Assembly (NCBI GenBank): GCA_964036045.1
Contig: OZ038378.1
Coordinates: forward strand, 132,370,001-132,434,000
Direction of reading: 5' to 3'
DNA: 64,000 bases
Source: Eutreptiella sp. 'Long Island Sound 2002'
Taxonomy: Eukaryota > Protista > Euglenida
Below the pieces are notes generated by a model. That model was not told where the DNA came from and searched no databases. It saw nothing but the letters and a program-made list of their open reading frames with translations. Below, in pieces: positions 11,635 through 24,900 of this stretch. The first letter of the stretch is position 1. Every line of letters starts with the position of its first letter. A program made the position numbers and the translations under genes.

Positions 11635-14600
11635 AAAAATGTCATGTGTGGCCCATGCCCCTGTACGTTGGTCAACAGGCTGCATTCCTAGCGTGTGGTC
11701 CCTGCTCATGTGTTATCATGAACACCTCCGTTCAACACCTGCTCTTGCAAACCATTGTTTGGGGCTACAGCACCGGCGGAGAAAAAGCATGCTTTCTTTC
11801 GGCAAGTTGACCAGCTTGATGGGAAAGCATGGGCCGGCACCTGTCACTATTGTCGGTCTACAAATGTTGCGAGACAACCAACACGGGGGCCAGCATAAAG
11901 GTTGGTGGGGCAGGGCCTTGTGCCCCATATTGAATCGTATCTTACTTTTCGGGGGTGTTGGTACCATTCGGTGTGCACCCTTTGCGAACGGCCGGTAAGG
12001 GAAGTTTTGAATGGGGTGCCAAAATTGTGCAAATATGGGTGCACCAATGTACGATTTTGGCCGGGAAGGACCATTTTCATAAAGTTAAGATGGTACAAAA
12101 GATTTTTAATATTTTAAAACCATTAGAATCCGGGTATCTACGAAAATAAATGGCCCCTTTTTGAGGCGGTACGGCACGACAGTGCCGCACAAAATGCCCT
12201 ATTCCAACCGCGGGCGATCCTTGTGTTTTCCGTGCCATTGCGAACGCGCATATACACCACATTTGCGCGAAAGTCGCGTGAAATTGGTGCGACTTCGCAT
12301 TCATTTCCGCGCACACGCACACCTCCGACGCGTGGCGTGCATCAACTCAAATACCAGCAGCCACGACAAGCCATGGTCGCATGCGGGCATGTCCTAGGCC
12401 CGCCGTTGGCGGTTTTCGAAATGTTGTGCGAGGACATGTACATGGATAAGGTCATTAAGTGGCGTCTTGCGAACTCTCCCTGATTTGCCGCACTGTCATA
12501 GCCCTTTGTTCACGATGGACCTCTTGGTGACATCCCACCCCTCTCAACGGAGGCAGTCATTTATGGTGTTGTTTTCACCGCAACCTGCACACCTAGACGT
12601 CCACGCAGGAGGCTTAGTCCCCCACTATTGTACAGCATGCGCTTTAGCCGAAGGCGGCTGACTTCCATCGCAAAGCATGAAAAATTGAGGAGGATTGTCT
12701 CCTTGCGGGCAAAGAAATACCTGTGGTGAATCCACAAATGTGACCAGAACAGCTTACGCCACTGTAACAACAAGTGGGCTTTGCCCATTCTTATACTACA
12801 TTCCCGGAGCCTGCGTGCTTACACCGCGTATGGTGCCCCGAGCTTTCGGGAGACGACGTCTTCAAACGACTTGAGTCGCCGTGCCTTGTGCTGTCAGGAC
12901 TTGATATGGCCGAAGGCGCTCCTTCCCTTAGCTCCAGTGCCACGGGGAATGAAAGTACTACAACACTGGCAAGAAACAGGTGGCAAAACTCGGAAGGTAC
13001 TTCATATTGTGTAGGGTGCAAATTGTGGCGGTTTACAATGGACTCGAAGTGCAACTCAAAACCATCCAAAATTGCGCAAGAAAATTGTTCGGTAATGGCG
13101 CGAAAATTGCCGTTTTCTATAAACCTCGATTGCAAGTGCACGCGATTCAATGGATAAGGCTCGCAGGCTGATAAATGTCATGTGTGGTCCATGCCCCCGT
13201 ACGTTGGTCAACAGGCTGCATTCCAAGCGTGTGGTCCCTGCTCATACGTTATCATGAACACCTCCGTTCAACACCTGCTCTTGCAAACCATTGTTTGGGG
13301 CTACAGCACCGGCGTAGAAAAAGCATGCTTTCTTTCGGCAAGTTGACCAGCTTGATGGGAAAGCATGGGCCGGCACCTGTCACTATTGTCGGTCTACAAA
13401 TAGTGCGAGACAACCAACACGGGGGCCAGCATAAGGGTTGGTGGGGCCGGGTGTTGTGCCCCATATTGAATTGTATCTTACCTTTCGGGGCTGTTGGTAC
13501 GATTCGGTGTGCACCCTTTGCGAACGGCCGGTAAGGGAATGGGGTGCCAAAATCGTGCAAATATGGGTGCACCAATGTACGATTTTGGCCGGGAATGACC
13601 ATATTCATAAAGTTGGGATGGTACAAAAGATTTTGAATATTTCAAAAATATTAGAATCCGGGTATCTACGAAAAAAAATGGCCCCTTTTTGAGGCGGTAC
13701 GGCACGACAGTGCCGCACAAAATGCCCTATTCCAACCGCGGGCGATCCTTGTGTTTTCCCTGCCATTGCGAACACGCATATACACCACATTTGCTCGAAA
13801 GTCGCACGAAATTCGTGCGACTTCGCATTCCTTTCCGCGCACACGCGCACCTCCGACGCGTGGCGTGCATCAAATCAAATACCGGCAGCCACCACAAGCC
13901 ATGGTCGCATGCGGGCATGTCCTAGGCCCGCCGTTGGCGGTTTTTGAAATGTTGTGCGAGGAAATGTACATGGATAAGGTCATTAAGTGGCGTCTTGCGA
14001 ACTCGCCTTGATTTGCCGCACTGTCATAGCCCTTTGTTAACGATGGACCTCTTAGTGACATGCCACCCCTCTCAACGGAGGCCGTCATTACTGGTGTTGT
14101 TTTCACCGCAACCTGCACACCTAGACGGCCACGCAGGAGGCTTAGTCCCCCGCTATTGTACAGCATGCGCTTTAGCCGAAGGCGGCTGACTTCCATGGCA
14201 AAGCATGAAAAATTGAAGAGGATTGTCTCCTTGCGGGCAAAGAAATACCTGTGGTGAATCCACAAATGTGACCAGAACAGCTTACGCCACTGTAACAACA
14301 AGTGGGCTTTGCCCATTCTTATACTACATTCGCGCAGCCTGGTTGCTTACACCGCGTATGGTGCCCCGAGCTTTCGGGAGACGACGTCTTCAAACGACTT
14401 GAGTCGCCGTGCCCTGTGCTGTCAGGACTTGATATGGCCGAAGGCGCTCCTTTCCTTAGCTCCAGTGCCACGGGGAATGAAAGTACTACAACACTGGCAA
14501 GAAACAGGTGGCAAAACTCGGAAGGTACTTCATATTGTGTAGGGTGCAAAATTTGGCGGTTTACAATGGACTTAAAGTGCAACTCAACACCATCCAAAAA

Positions 14601-14680
14601 TGCGCAACAAAATTGTTCGGTAATGGCGTGAAAATCGCCGTTTTCTATAAACCTCGATTGGAAGTGCACGCGATTCAATC
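11635..14680. repeat. Tandem duplication of a ~1.53-kb unit
   Basis: atgtcatgtgtgg at 11639 and 13175 (period 1536). Paired near-identical ORFs, e.g. 11639/13175, 12161/13689, 12774/14302. Copy 2 ends at ~14680. Confidence 0.97.
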
Positions 14681-14699
14681 GGGTAAAAAAAGAATGATT

Positions 14700-15577
14700 T
14701 CCCCGATGTCGTTGCCCAATTTAATGGTACAAAAGTTGCCATCGTCGCGACACCCGTGCAAACTCAACCCACAATGGTTCGAAGTGCGCTACGGTGAATC
14801 GTGCCTCCCACTGCTGCCCGTCCTAGAGCCCGCGGGAGCTTTGAGCATCGAAGAATCGGGGGTGCAGGCGGCCTCCACAATGGTCTCTGTGGGGTACTTG
14901 GAGGTCACATTGTCATGCACGTCCATTGTCTTCCCATAATCGCGGAGGACATTAGGGAGGACCGGCCCCTCGCTGCGAGAGCATCAGTCGCAAGCTCGGC
15001 GGCCTCCGCATGTTGCCGCCAGTCTTGGGCACTAGCAAAGAGGTGCCGCATTCTCTCCTCCTCCTTATCCCTTCCCCGCCCCGTTCCCCCCCCTGGTCCC
15101 CACCCCCTGCTGTTGCTGCTGCTACATCGGCCCCTTTGGCTTGCCTGCCTCCAACTCAATCATCCGCGCGCGAAGCTGGTCCCACTCCGCCTCAACCGCC
15201 TTTGCCGCGTCCCGGGCCCACTGGGCATCCTGCTAGGCCTCTTGCTTGGTAACGCGTTGCTTCCCCCTCGGCTTCAAAAATTCCCCCTCAGCCACCACTG
15301 CCCGCTGCTGCCATTGTGGTTGGGCATGCTGCTTCAGCACCCAATCCACCACTTGAGCAGTGGGGTAGGCGGTAGGGACACTAGGGAGAGGTGGCCAATC
15401 CGGTATGCGGGAGCTGCTGATATCCACCGAGAAGGTGGCACAGCCTGTTGAACGGAATTTCCACTCCTGCGACATTGAGTGAGCTGAACGTGAGTGTGGG
15501 GTATGCCTGCGGGCGCGCTGTGGTGGGGTCGGGGGGCGGGGGGCGGTAGTGGGTTGGCAGGGTGGGTTGTGTGCCAT
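14700..15577 (-). pseudogene. Decayed ORF with a coiled-coil/Q-E-rich segment (gag/ORF1-like, unassigned)
   Basis: ORF 15233-15577 continues through single stops into AKAVEAEWDQLRARMIELEAGK and ORF 14905-15159. Confidence 0.35.
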
Positions 15578-15599
15578 GGGGCGATGCGAGCGTTGCAGA

Positions 15600-16270
15600 T
15601 GTAAGACCCGAAGTGGTCGTCTGCTGGACTATTTCCCTTCAGGAGTATAGCCCTAGCTCGCTTTCTAGTGCACGGGACCACGAGAGGGCTGCTCGCTATT
15701 GGGGATACCACCTTCTGATGAGCTCCCCTTCTTCCAAGGAGGGAGTTGCCCTGCTTGTACACACATATGTAGCACCCACCACCCCAGCCATGAAAATACA
15801 CGTCCCGGGCAAACTGATCTCTGTGCAGCTCCCGCTGCTTGGTGACCCCCTCCTACGTGAAGTCCGTGTGTGCTCCTTCTACGGGCCCAACAGGTCCAAG
15901 GAGCGTCCTCGATGTGAGAAGGCCCTTGCGCCTCTCCTGCAAACCTGCTCGATAATTTTGCGAGACTATATTGGGGTCACAGTGAATACCGACACCACAG
16001 CCATACAGCCTAACCTGTGGCCGTGGCTCATTGCACGAGAACGCTCTGGAGCCATGGTCGACCTGGTGAGGCCCCAATGTGCATCCACGCCTTACACCCG
16101 GGTGTGTTGCTACGGGGGCACCAAGAGCTACCTGGAACGTGCTTACGGTTCACGGCTCTTCACCTCACTCTTCAGGGTATCTGACGCAGCCCCCCCTGAT
16201 TTTTCTACTGTGCACGGCATACAGGACCACACACCTGTTCTGGTGCATACCCAACCGTGGCCCCAACACC
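15600..16270 (+). pseudogene. APE endonuclease domain, LINE A
   Basis: SLQE, GVALLV, FYGPN, ILRDY (GDFN-like), PYTR, SYLER, QDHTPV. Confidence 0.9.
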
Positions 16271-16807
16271 GACAGCCAGAACCACGCTGTGCACTGTGGA
16301 ACAGGAGGGACATATGCCACTATAAAAAAAGGTTGCTGACCTCACTGAAAATATACCATACCCCAGGGACGCAGCACCTGTCGAAGCGACCTACGCTGCC
16401 CTGTCTGCATGCATGCTTGAGACTATGCACGATACAAAATCGAAAAAAAGAAACTGCCAAAAAAAGACATTGATGTCACCGACTGGTCTGACGTGGTTAG
16501 GCAGCTGGCAAAACAAGCCAAACGACGGTCCAAGGTGTTTTACCGTAGAGTAAAACACACACTCCTCGTCCCGCCATCCCCCTCTACCCTGCCCACCCCC
16601 ACAAGGAAGATTTACCGCATCCTGCAGCGCAACAAGCCCTGGTCTGCGCGCGCACTCACCTGGATACCCAACTCACCGCGATTACACGACCCTGACCCCC
16701 CCACAGTTGAAGAACTACGTTCCCTCGCACGTGCCCCCCGCCGCAAGTCCCGAGGCCCAGATGGAGTGCCACCCTTTTTGTTAGCGTCGTTGCCTGATTA
16801 GGTCTTT

Positions 16808-17491
16808 TTGTTTGTGCACCACTGTGTTTGTCTATGCTACCTCGAGGGAACCCTCCCCACGCCCTGCCTGATTAGTGAAACCTTGTGTTTGTTCAAAGGT
16901 AAAGGGCAGTGGCAGGACCCTGACAGATGGAGACCCATCGCCATGAGCAACTCCATCTACCGCCTCATCATGCGATGGGTTTATAAATCCATATACCCCC
17001 TCCTCTCCCCCCTCATACACCGGAAACAATTCGGGGGAAAACAAGGAGTGTCAACTGCACACGCCACACACACATTTCTCGATGACCTGCATGCCATAGG
17101 ACCCATGGAAGCCATCTTAGCCTTTGACGTTTACCATGCATTTGATAGTCCACCGAAATACCTCGTTTTCCACATCTTGGATAGAATGGGCACCCCGCTC
17201 AAGCTACTGCGCTTGATTTCCCTGGTGCTAGAGCTGTGTGCCACTTTCATTCGAGGTGCTGAACATGAGGTCTTCAGGACCACGCGAGGGTTCAAACAGG
17301 GATGCCCCATATCATGTTTTCTTTTTGTCATCGTCTTCGAGATCCCATTGCGGTTTTTGGAACATCACGGCCTCTGCTTCTCTGCCTTCGTCGATGACAT
17401 CTCTTCTCCATCCCCCCCATGTGCAGCCAGCGCAACGCCTCACTGGTCCAGGAAGCGCTCAGCCTCATTGGGTGTCAAATCAATGTCATAA
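16808..17491 (+). pseudogene. Reverse transcriptase domain, LINE A
   Basis: WRPIAMSN, QFGGKQG, FDVYHAFD, GFKQGCPIS, FVDD (17387-17398); frameshift into 17419-18360. Confidence 0.95.
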
Positions 17492-18244
17492 AGAGTGAAG
17501 TGCTGCCATTGGTCACACACCCCCCACCTATCCCCACCTTGCCCAAGTACCTCCACCCTGTCTACGTTGTGCAGGCCTCGAATTCAATATGGTCCACCGA
17601 TGAAGCCGATGCTCCGCATTGGGCTGATGTTTCTGAGCGACCTTTCAGCGGTGTCTGGTATCTTATGCATGTAGGGCACCCCCTGTCGGCTTCCTTTCGC
17701 CTATCACCGGCCGTGCGCATCGTCGTGGAGGAGCTCAGAGCCCAGCTCAGCGAACTCTACACACACCCTATTCAGGCCCTAGACAGGGTCCTTGTGGTGA
17801 ACACCCTCGTCTTGCCTAGGCTCCTGTACAGAACAGAGTGCCTCCCCCTCTCTGCTACCGAACTACAACAGCTCACTTCACTTCTGGAGCGTTTTGTGCG
17901 TGGAGTAATGGGGTTGCTGACGTTGATCGCTACGAAAACCCTGTACACGCATCGATCCAAAGGGCTAGGCATGGGATACTTCCCAGTCCTGCACCCCACC
18001 CGCCTCCTGGATTCCCTGCAACGCAACCCCTCCCTGCAGGCATTCTCTGTCCGCCCCCGCCTACCCCTGGCCCCTTTCTCACTATTCCAATCTGCAGTGG
18101 CCCTGCTTGGGTCGGCGCCTACGTCCACCCTCTCACCCGTCACTGTAACTTGGGATGCCCAACCCCTTCAGCGCGATGCCAAAGCTGTTAAGTCGATCGG
18201 TGGCCTGGTTGTTTACCTCCTACCCACTCATCTTCGCCCAGATA

Positions 18245-18915
18245 GCACATACACAGATGGTAGTAAAATGGGTTCCCCACCCTCCTCTAGGGGTTGCTGC
18301 AATCATGCCCAATGGCCTTGTCGTAGTATGCCGTGTCCCGGGCATTCCCACTTCGTATAAAGCTGAGCTAGTTGGGTTACTGCTAGGGTCCCACTTCTCT
18401 GGAGAGGGAGACAGACTGCAGCTGGACTGCCATGGGGCTATTGCGTCTGCTCTCAGCCGACGCCGTCCCATCCGCCAAGCGTATTGGGTCTAGGCTGTGA
18501 GACACGGCACCAGCGCGAAGTCTCAGAGCCTTGACTGGGTTGAAGGACACTGTGGGCATGCTTTTAATGAAGAAGCAGACAAATATGCCAAGATAGGCAC
18601 TGCCCTCCCCCCACCCCGCCCAGCCCGCTACCCCGTGGGACGTGATACATCATGGTGAGCTGATCCTGCCACCCCATAAAGCCTGGAGTCGTGACCTTGC
18701 GCCCCACCACTCCTACACTGGTTTCCACCCCCTGTCGGGGAGGCCTCTGCGTTTCCGGCGCCTGGCCTGGTACAAATGGCGTTTTGGACTCCAATCTAGG
18801 CTGGGTTATGCCCACTACGCAACCTGCTGGTCCGAAAAGACCCCGCCCCATGTGTGAGCACACTGTGGACGCCGGCACAATCTCAGTGTACATGGATTCC
18901 TCGCCCACTGTACAG
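18245..18915 (+). pseudogene. RNase H and C-terminal Cys/His knuckle, LINE A
   Basis: YTDGS, SYKAELVG, LDCHGA, WVEGHCGHAFNEEAD; CEHCGRRHNLSVHGFLAHC. Confidence 0.88.
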
Positions 18916-20879
18916 AGAACCACCCCCTGGTATCCAAATGGATTAATGCCTGGCCCCCCCATGCACATGCCTCCGTCTGGCGCCAACTAGCCTAGAGAGC
19001 TGATCTGCGGATCGCTGGGCGCCTCGCAATCCCAGTCAAGCTCTATCGCTTCCTTGCTGCCAGGTTAGGGGGTGTAGCTCCAGCGCGGCGAGCCATTTCC
19101 CAGTTTAAGAACTCGGTACTCGACCTTGTCACCTCTGTGCTGGAGTCCAGTGTCCCGCCCTCCTCCAAACGACCCAATGCATTCTCCCCTCGAGACTGGG
19201 ATGCCCCCCCATCGTTGGTTTAGCGTGTACCCAGCTATCCGCTGCCCTTCTCCCTTCACGCCAGTCCGCAACGTAGCCGATTCCCCGAACCCCCGAGACG
19301 TCAGCGAGCCCCTTCAAGTAAGCCTCAATGCCCCATGGCCTGTAATTACGTTTCAGGCCAGTCATTTGTTGACTTCGCCAATTGATTCCTCTTGGTTGTT
19401 TTTCTGTTTCATGAATGCCCTGCCTCGCGTGCTGAACCTGTGGTCCACCCTTGTCCTCCCTGATACGCCCTGCCTCCAACTTCCTCCCCTTCCCCGTTAC
19501 TCCCTTATGCTATTTTTCGCAGGGGAATCCCCCCTGTTTGGGCTGACTGCCCACTGGGGTTAGCGGTGCGTGTGGGGAGCCACCCCCTGCTGATTTTTCT
19601 TCGAGGCTCTACCACTGTGAGACCAACCAGGCAGTGGTACAGACACATAACTCCTGGAAGAGCAGTGGCACCCTCGAACCCACGCAACCCCTGCCTGCAC
19701 CCCCCCACCTCAGCACCAAGGCGCCCTCCTGGGTAAATAAGTGCCCCTACCCTCGTGTTCTGTTTTCTTGTGAAATGGGAATCCTGCTTTGGGTTGCTGC
19801 CCACGTGGAAAGTACCCCTGTTTGCCGCGTTGCCCCAGTGGCCTCGTGCAAGGGCGATTACCCCATGAAACCCCCATAAATATTTCTTTTGTATTTGCAC
19901 CACTCATATCTTTGCCTCACCTGTGCGGGCGGCTAGCCCTGCGACTCCTGACCCTACCCCTGGGATGAGGTTCAGGACTGTATGATGGGCTGATGCTCTC
20001 CTGATTTGGACAACTTCGTGAGACTCAGATCGTGTATTTTCAAAAAAAAAAAAAAAGGAGGCCCATCTGGTAGGCCTTGGGCGGCCGCACCGGCCCCGTC
20101 GAGCCCCTGCAACCCCCGCTCATGGCCGAGCGGGCATCATCATTGTTGTCGGTGCCCCCACCTCTACCGCCCCCAACTCCCCTGAGTGCAACCGGGTCTG
20201 CCCATGCGCATGGGAGCACATCATAAGCCATGCACGTTCCATGTGTACCTCCATGCAATCCCGGCACCCCTTCACCCTAGTGATCAGTGACACCCCATGC
20301 CGGACCAACCATCCCTCAGCCACGCCCTGCCATCCCCGAACTGACGTCCTCATTACCAATGGCCCCCTCGCAACCCCTACAGGTAGAACACCACAAGCTG
20401 CTCCGCCTCCTTCAGCCGCACCCCCGACGCCATGGTGATGGTCGAGAGGAATGAAATGCGGAGGAGGGGGGGGGGTGCTCCCCAGCCCGCATCTCCACCT
20501 CCATCTCCCACGTGGCGGCCACAAATTCCACCCCTGCCCTTTTCCGCCCAAGAGTTCCAACTTCTAGGCGAAGGGGGGCTGCACACATAGCTTTGACAGG
20601 ACTGTGTTGGCGTGGGCTTCGGCCAGATACCCGGTGGCACCCTTGCTACACGCGACAAGACCCCATTTCGCTCTAGCCTAGAAATTCTAGCCTAGAACAT
20701 CTACCCTAGAACCAAACTAGAACTAGATTTTGGTAAAAAAATTCACGCATGTTTCGCAAATAACGGCCGCCAATGTGGGAGAGGGGGCGTTTCCCCAAAG
20801 TGTAGGACGATTAGCAGTGTCGCAAACAAGTGCCTCAAATGCACCAATGACATCTACCTCCTAGCTAAGTCCCGATAGA

Positions 20880-21900
20880 AGTCTTGATTACCGAGCTGGG
20901 TGTACCTTGTCGAGGTTTTACACCCTTTCTCATAGTCTCAAGGTGATCAACACCTTTTAGCAAGAAGCAGCAAGGGCACACGACGGCAAGTAGCACAAGC
21001 AAGAAGGTGGGCAAAAAAACCTTTTTGTGCATTGTGTCCCGGAACCGGCATGCAAGTAGCTCACAACGACGGCAGAGGAAACATACATTTAGAGAAACAA
21101 GGGTTGTGCTTTTTTTAGCCGTCTCGCCCGCGCCTAGTATAAGCCTTGATTACCGAGCTGAGTTTACCCCATTGAGGGTTTGAGACCCTTCATAAGGGTC
21201 CGCCTGTGACAAAACATTTTAGCAAGCAGCATCAAGCAGCAAAAAGCAGCACCAAGCGGCTAAAAAGTCCTTGCAACGAGGCCGTGCCTCAAAAGCAGCA
21301 TCCATGTGGCTTCAAACGACCGCGCATCACCACAAACAAGTATTGTGTTACGTTTAGCCCGCTGCCCGCTCTATGACCGATTAAGTGCCCAGAATTGTCC
21401 GTTTTTGGGCTATTTTTAGGACCACCGTTTTGAACGTTCAAGACCATCGTCGGTGTGTGAAGGGGGCATTTTCCAAAGAAGGCCGTTCTTCTTCCATAGG
21501 TATGGGGCAATCAAAAAAATGCAAACGCCCGCTTTATAAGGTGTGCACAATGCCGTTGTGCGCAGGCGGTGGTCAATTTTGAGGTAAAAATGAGCTCTTT
21601 TTGGGCCTCTGATTTAGGACACATATGCAAAGAAAGCGGTTTTTGTCCACAGTGATGTCCCATGCCATGTGCAAAACTAGGGCCCAGCTTGGTCTTGGTC
21701 ACAACTCTTCATTATCGAGGTGGGATTTCCCCTTTTGAGGTTTTACACCCCTTCTTAGGGTCGAAGGATGAGCAACACATTTTACCAAGCAGCAAGCAAG
21801 CAGGCGGATAAGAAGTCTTTTTGTGTATACCATGTGTCGAATTTGATAGGCAAATAGCTCAAAGCGACCAAAGCGCAAACACACATATGGAGAAACAACT
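20880..21900. repeat. Three diverged copies of a short module
   Basis: cttgattaccgagctg...gaggttttacaccctt...acattttagcaag at ~20883, ~21145 and ~21708. Confidence 0.6.
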
Positions 21901-24900
21901 TTTGTTTTGATTCGAGCCGTCTAGCCTGGTGTATGGCCAATTTACTTTCCCAAAATTGCCTTTTTTAGCTTGTTTTGAGACAAACTTCAGGACGCTCGTC
22001 CCGAAAGTTGAGGAGCATCACCAGTGTCTCTTGAAGCCAGTAGTCAAGTAGCTTAAAACGACCGCCATGACGCATACACACATAGAAACAAATGAATTTG
22101 GTACATGTCTGGTTATGTGCGCTCACACACACACACACACATGCATGCATGCACGCACACACCGACACACTTTGACATAGGCATACGCACCCCGCCCTTC
22201 AAGGCTTGGTGGTGTTGGGGGGATGTTGTTCCTTTTGTCACATGAAATTCACCCAGGGGGGGGGGGCTTGAGAATCACTTGGGGGTTTTCCTTCGTTGTT
22301 TCATAGGTCACCCCAAATGCACTGAAAGATATGATGCAAATACAATAAAAAAAATGCACTTCAAGTTGCACGTGTTCCATGCTATGCTACGCAGTGTTGT
22401 GGTGTGTTGTGGCCTCGTAAAGTGGGAAGTGGTGTCATGTGGTCTGGTGTGGTGTCATGTGGTGTGCCACGGTGTTGTGTTGTGTTGTGGTCCTTTGTGG
22501 TGTGTGATCTGCTGTGGTGTTTTGTACGATGCAGTGGCGTAGTGTGTTGTGGTCACATGAGGTGCCCCGTGCTGTGTTGTGTTGCAATGTGGTGTGGTCT
22601 GGTGTCATGTGGTGCGCTGTGCCGTGTTGGGGTGTATTGTGGTGAAATGTGGTGTGCCATCTGCTATGGTGTGTTGTTCTGTGCTTTCAAGTAGTGTGTG
22701 GTGGTCGTTTTAGGTGCTGTGTTGTGTTTTGGGTTCATTGTCGAACTAGCGGCATTCTAGGGAGCCTTTCCAGCGGTGTTCCGGCGAGGCTCCTCCACAA
22801 CAGTGCTAGAAAGGCGCTAGAAGGAGAAGCGACATCACTCGCCACGCAACAAAACAACAACACACAACACGAGAGGTCCCAACATGACATGACACAACAC
22901 GGCACACGACAACACACAACATGACACAACACAACACGGCATGTTAAGGCTGGACATTACAACACACAGTAGCACATGACGGGACACGAGAACATTCGAT
23001 GCAAAAACAAAACGCAACATCAAAGCAATGTGTTATGCAGAACAGTACAGGGCTTTTGCAACCAAGCGGTTGAAGTGCAGTGTTGCGAAGTGCTGTGGTA
23101 TGTTGTGGTGTGTGATCTGCTCTACTGCGTTGTGCTGAGGGGTATTGTGTGGTGGTCACATGAGGTGCATGGTGGTGTGTTGTGTTGTCACATGGTGTAT
23201 TCGGCGTCATTTGCTATGGTCTAGTGTCATGTGCACTTGTCCTTTGTCATGTGGTGTGCTGCCATGTGGTGTGGTGTGGTGTGGTGGGATATCCTGCGAC
23301 AGGGGTGGCTGTTTGGTTTGTTGAATGGTGGGTTGGTTGCTTGTTTGATTTGGCTTGCTGATCGTGTTACGTTGAGTTATTTGGCAGATTGGGTTGTTTG
23401 ATGGGTATGTTGCTCGTTTAGCCGGTTGTGTCCTGATGTGTGGTGTCCGCACCCAATGTTGTGTGGTGTCGTGTGCTATTGCATGTTGTGAGATGTCATG
23501 TTTGTGGGTATACATGTACTTGCTCCAATTTTCAAGGGAGGGGGGGGGATTGTAATCATCTAATATTTTTGTTCTAGCGGGGTTCTAGGGATCTGTTCTA
23601 GCGGCGTTCCATAGGCGATCTAGCGAGCGGCGCTAGATTGGTGCTAGAACGTCGCTACGACAGTTCCCTAGAAGGCTGTTAGAACAAGAATGTGAAATGC
23701 TTACTATCCCAGCCCCCTCCCTTTGAATGGCTGCAAATATATGTGTGGCCACAAACACAACATCGGAACGCATACAACACCATACCATAGCACACACCAC
23801 ATGGTGCAGACACCACAGGGCATGGCCAAACCGGCTAAACACCCATCAAACAACCCAACCTGCCACACATCCCAACGTGCCAACAACCCACAGCAAGCAA
23901 GCAACTAACACACCATTCAACAAACCAGGCAGCCAACCCTATTGCACAATACCCCACCACACCCCACCACACCACATCACACCACACCACATGACGACAG
24001 ACCACCGCACATGACACCCGAACCAAAGGTCATGACACCAAACCATAACACACCACAACACACCTCATCTGACCACAACAAACTACCCCCCACCCCGCCC
24101 GAATACTACGACACACCAAAACAGATAACTCACCACAACAAAGTACAACACACCACACCACAGCACACCACACCACGCCATATGACACCTGAGTACTCCC
24201 CAGCTCTACCCATGCGCTGGGTGCCGGGTGCGAAGCCCCCGACGGCAGGGCCCGGTCACTGCCCTTAGAAAGTGTACTAACAGTGTCGGGTGCCTGCACG
24301 CCCCAGTGCCAAGCACCATCTCCAGGGACCCCGCGGCCCCTAGTACCTCCTGCCTCGACCTTGGGAACGGTCAGCGACCCCTGATGAGGACGGCTGGCCT
24401 ACCCTCCCCCTCCTCTCCTCCAGCGCCCCCCCCCCCCACGCACACACGGCCGGCTGCAGACCTCTGCATGCGCCTCCCCCACACTGAGCGCCGCCCCTGC
24501 TGCCTGCCACCGCCCGTGTGCGCCCCCGATGGCTCCCACCCCACATGAGGGCCCCGCCGAACCCAAGCACGTGCCCCCTCTGCGCTAGTGCTGCTGCGCC
24601 CCCCGCCCCCCCCCCCCGGCAAAAGCCCCCCGCCCCCTCTGCCGCCCTTAATGGTGCCCAGCGCCGAGCCCCCAACACCCCCTTTCGCCCCGCTCCCATG
24701 TCCCAGTGCCCCACCCCCTACCCCCTACCTCAGGTGTGGCAGCTCACAACGTCGGGGCCCCCGTACCCGGGCTCCAGCGAAGCGGCGGGACCGGGACGGG
24801 TATGTGCGGGTGTGTGAGTGGGTGAGAGAGGCATGAGAGTGTGGGGCCCCAATGGGACGGCCTGCGCCGGGGCCCATACTTTCTTGTTCTAGTTTATTCC

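Larger units (their letters stand above)
15580..20056 (+). mobile_element. Non-LTR retrotransposon A (APE-RT-RNaseH), 5'-truncated, poly(A)-tailed
   Basis: APE, RT, RNase H and C/H-knuckle motifs in order, a pyrimidine-rich 3' UTR, and A15 at 20042-20056. Confidence 0.93.

Noticed and set aside
15560-20080. Target-site duplication for LINE A
   Set aside because: The sequence after the poly(A) (ggaggcccatc) is not found at the inferred 5' end.
24371-24400. CTGATGA as a hammerhead ribozyme core
   Set aside because: No GAAA or stem II follows, and the sister copies read CTAGTGA.
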